Source: a virus (Duplodnaviria > Caudoviricetes). From it: a stretch of 42,281 nucleotides of DNA. The notes under the pieces are model-generated. The model was not told the origin of the DNA and did not search any database. It was given only the letters and a program-made list of their open reading frames with translations. The position numbers were made by a program, and so were the translations under genes. The stretch spans positions 1 through 42,281 of the IMG/VR virus record IMGVR_UViG_3300027790_000042; one strand, 5' to 3'. Shown one piece after another: positions 42,247 through 42,281 of the stretch (positions within the stretch are counted from its first letter, which is position 1; every line of letters begins with the position of its first letter).

Positions 42247-42281
42247 AAGACTACCCTTTTATCAGACTAAGGAACTCGGCA
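42155..42281. repeat. Terminal direct repeat (assembly overlap), copy 2
   Basis: Identical to 1-127. Confidence 0.95.

Overview
This is the complete circular genome of a tailed dsDNA phage with siphovirus-like organisation: 42,154 bp plus a 127-bp assembly overlap (1-127 = 42155-42281). Almost all genes are on the minus strand and many have overlapping or abutting stop/start codons. Modules in transcription order: (i) a small divergent early region (4.3-7.3 kb) with three near-identical sigma70-consensus promoter/leader cassettes; (ii) a 7-deazaguanine (preQ0) synthesis operon: ParB-like, queC, unknown ORF, queD, queE and a purine phosphoribosyltransferase-FolE fusion; (iii) across the contig junction, a replication module: SNF2 helicase, RuvC-like resolvase, degenerate family-4 UDG, Cas4/RecB-like nuclease, Sak4-like ATPase, SSB-like protein, PolA and a TOPRIM/MCM-like primase-helicase, ending in TWO tandem paralogous DpdA/TGT-like transglycosylases; (iv) accessory genes including a beta-clamp-like protein; (v) terminase, HK97-type head, neck, short non-contractile tail and lysis genes. 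I found no integrase, repressor, tRNA or CRISPR array. The most striking observations are: a deazaguanine system with a duplicated DpdA, a PRTase-FolE fusion and apparent CCGG/GTAC enrichment; a head-closure gene apparently split in two, with its C-terminal strands fused to a 20-repeat fibre protein; an identical basic terminal peptide on unrelated proteins encoded with different codons; and a 3'UTR segment antisense to the shared early leader. All family calls come from motif recognition by eye, not database searches.
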